DNA of 17,267 nucleotides from NCBI GenBank assembly GCA_043824255.1, contig JBDRTG010000028.1, positions 1 through 17,267 on the forward strand, in the 5' to 3' direction. The stretch is from a bacterium (GTDB lineage Bacteria > JAHJDO01). The notes beneath the pieces are model-generated. The model saw nothing but the letters and a program-made list of their open reading frames with translations, was not told the DNA's origin and searched no databases. Positions within the stretch are counted from its first letter, which is position 1. Every line of letters begins with the position of its first letter. Shown in pieces: positions 15,313-17,267 of the stretch. The translations under genes and the position numbers were made by a program.

Positions 15313-17267
15313 ATGAATATACACAGTTTTTTGTTAAAAATTATGATGAAGAGAAAAATACTAAACCTTTTCTGGATTTACCTTCTCTTGATCATTTTGT
15401 TTAGCTATTCAGTTAAAGCCGAAAATCTTCTTAAGAATCCCGGGTTTGAGGAAGTAGATACTTCCTCAAACCCTCTGAATTGGTCATTACATAAATTTAC
15501 TGCGGACAATTATCTAAAATTAGACAGAAAAACCTATACTATTCTCCCCATAGGTAAAAGCAACGTTGTAAAAGCGTTCCGCAGAGAGGGTAGGAACTGG
15601 AGTTCTCTTTCTCAGGGTGAAATAAAGGTTGAGGGAGACACCTTTTATATATTCAGTATGAGACATATTGAAAGTAAGGGTTTTACTCATGATCTCTTCG
15701 TAGCGGTTCGCGAATATGACCAAGATAGTAAGCATCTAGAGAAGGGATATGGGGGAATGGATTATCTAAGCCTTACCGTCCCTGCCTCTTCTATCTGGAG
15801 CACCTGGACTAAAGGATTCAAGACTCAAGCCAAGACAACTACAATGAGCATCTATATCTACCCTATCGGTGCAGGAACCGCCTGGTTTGACGATTTCTCT
15901 TTAGTTAGGCATGAAGGCTCCGTTGCGGAATTAGAAGAAAAATTACAGACTTACTACCAGGAAGATTTTTCTAAGAAAGGAAACTGGGAAACCAAGGAGG
16001 TTATTTTTACTCCCACCACTGAAGGAGCAAGAATAACTACTCTTAAAAGTTATGGTTACCTGAAAGGATACATTCCCTATGATAAATTGCATCCTTATCT
16101 CCAGATTAAAATAAACAAAGTAGAAAAAGACACAAAGTGGATGCTGGTAAGTTTAAGCAAAGGGATGGAGAGAATCTCCTTACCAAGTGATAAAATTGGT
16201 CTCTTTACCTATGATATTGGAAAGATACCCGGACTACCAGAGGAAGGACAATTTCTCCTGGCTATCTATGTGCTTGGTGAGGAGAAAAATATTTCTATTG
16301 AGGGAATCAGAACTATCTCCAGAGAGGTAGCGGATACCAATAAGTGGAAAGCAAAAAGAATCACGGCTTTAAAGATAGGCTTTGTTGCTGAGTCTACAGA
16401 TATCAATAACTGGAAAAATAACTATCCCATAATTAAGATTAAGAATAACACCTGTATAAGAGTAGGGAATAATCCGACTAATTGTTGGGCTCGGCTTGAT
16501 TCTCCTATTATATCTCTTGATTTAGACAAATATCCTTGGCTTACCATTAGCCTGAAACATAATACCAAAGAGAAATATGGCTGGTCTTTAGCTCTTGATA
16601 ATAAGATTCCTCTCTCGGTTAAACAATATACCAATAAGAGTGGAGTAATTACCTATAACTTAAGAGAAAAAACCAACTGGAAAGGGAAAAGGAGTTTCTT
16701 CCTATCCTTATATGTAGTAGGGGAGGGGAAATATGTAGATATTAACTGGATAAAACTCGCCAATAGACCAATAGAGGCAGCGTATGAGTTAACCGGTAGA
16801 GAGGCTAAAAAGGGTTATCTTCTTTATGCTAAACCTCCCTTTTCCATCAATCTTCCAACCACTCTTCCGCAGAAGGATGAAGTTAATAAAAAAGTCTCCA
16901 TCTTTGCTTCTCCCAATGAGTATGAGCCAGCCTCTTTTCTTATTTATACTACCGGGGACTTAAAAAATGTTAAGGTAAGTTTGAATTCAGACCTGCGCGA
17001 AGGTAAAAACAAAATTAGCAAAAATAATATAGATATCAGGCTCCTTAAGAGATGGTATCAAGCTGGAAGAGGGGAGAGGGTCGGAGAAACAGTATTTGTT
17101 CCAGAATTACTCCTTAAAAATGACAGGCTTATCACTTCTGACCACATAAAGCAAAGGAATATCCTTAATTTTAAAGGGAGACCTGAGGATAGTTCAGTTC
17201 TATTGCCGTTTGATATCCCTGCTTATACCAACAAACAAATCTGGATGATAGTAAAGGTTCCCTCCAA
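15313..17267 (+). CDS. Large secreted carbohydrate-active protein, 3'-partial: CBM4/9-like domain, two related beta-sandwich modules and a GH123-like N-terminal domain
   Basis: Manual translation is open from ATG15313 (alternatives 15343 and 15346) to the window end. Signal peptide MKRKILNLFWIYLLLIILFSYSVKA|ENLLKNPGFE. The CBM4/9-like domain ends GAGTAWFDDFSL. Later motifs SIFASPNEYEPASFLIY...LKNVKV and PFDIPA...QIWMIVKVP resemble the domain preceding GH123-like barrels. Absent from the ORF track because there is no stop in the window. Confidence 0.88.
   Translation, partial: MNIHSFLLKIMMKRKILNLFWIYLLLIILFSYSVKAENLLKNPGFEEVDTSSNPLNWSLHKFTADNYLKLDRKTYTILPIGKSNVVKAFRREGRNWSSLSQGEIKVEGDTFYIFSMRHIESKGFTHDLFVAVREYDQDSKHLEKGYGGMDYLSLTVPASSIWSTWTKGFKTQAKTTTMSIYIYPIGAGTAWFDDFSLVRHEGSVAELEEKLQTYYQEDFSKKGNWETKEVIFTPTTEGARITTLKSYGYLKGYIPYDKLHPYLQIKINKVEKDTKWMLVSLSKGMERISLPSDKIGLFTYDIGKIPGLPEEGQFLLAIYVLGEEKNISIEGIRTISREVADTNKWKAKRITALKIGFVAESTDINNWKNNYPIIKIKNNTCIRVGNNPTNCWARLDSPIISLDLDKYPWLTISLKHNTKEKYGWSLALDNKIPLSVKQYTNKSGVITYNLREKTNWKGKRSFFLSLYVVGEGKYVDINWIKLANRPIEAAYELTGREAKKGYLLYAKPPFSINLPTTLPQKDEVNKKVSIFASPNEYEPASFLIYTTGDLKNVKVSLNSDLREGKNKISKNNIDIRLLKRWYQAGRGERVGETVFVPELLLKNDRLITSDHIKQRNILNFKGRPEDSSVLLPFDIPAYTNKQIWMIVKVPS

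Noticed and set aside
802..16634. Short minus-strand and alternate-frame ORFs in the track (for example 802-1038, 1903-2202, 3065-3277, 4337-4666, 5099-5633, 12299-12682, 14252-14986, 15520-15735, 16422-16634)
   Set aside because: They overlap longer CDSs with clear family motifs and show no recognisable motifs themselves, so they are shadow ORFs.

Overview
AT-rich bacterial window in which every credible gene is on the + strand. The gene families are typical of PVC-related lineages such as Omnitrophota or Lentisphaerae, but this taxonomy is inference only. Two copies of a module, a prepilin-like protein with a C-terminal H-X9-DG motif followed immediately by a large secreted carbohydrate-binding/glycoside-hydrolase-like protein (2-4551 and 14438->17267), flank a cytoplasmic sugar or cyclitol catabolism region. 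That region encodes an MDR dehydrogenase, two xylose-isomerase-like TIM barrels, an AraC regulator, a Gfo/Idh/MocA oxidoreductase, a xylose isomerase-like enzyme, a DegT-family aminotransferase and a ceramidase-like amidohydrolase. No transporter is seen in the window. The last CDS (15313->17267) runs off the edge and is missing from the ORF track. The 1.15-kb gap at 6466-7620 holds a promoter-preceded 5' half of tRNA-Arg(GCG), followed by motifs resembling an integrase attachment site, plus a palindromic miniature repeat. The two prepilin genes share a near-identical 157-nt leader block (7 mismatches) that ends abruptly inside the pilin helix.
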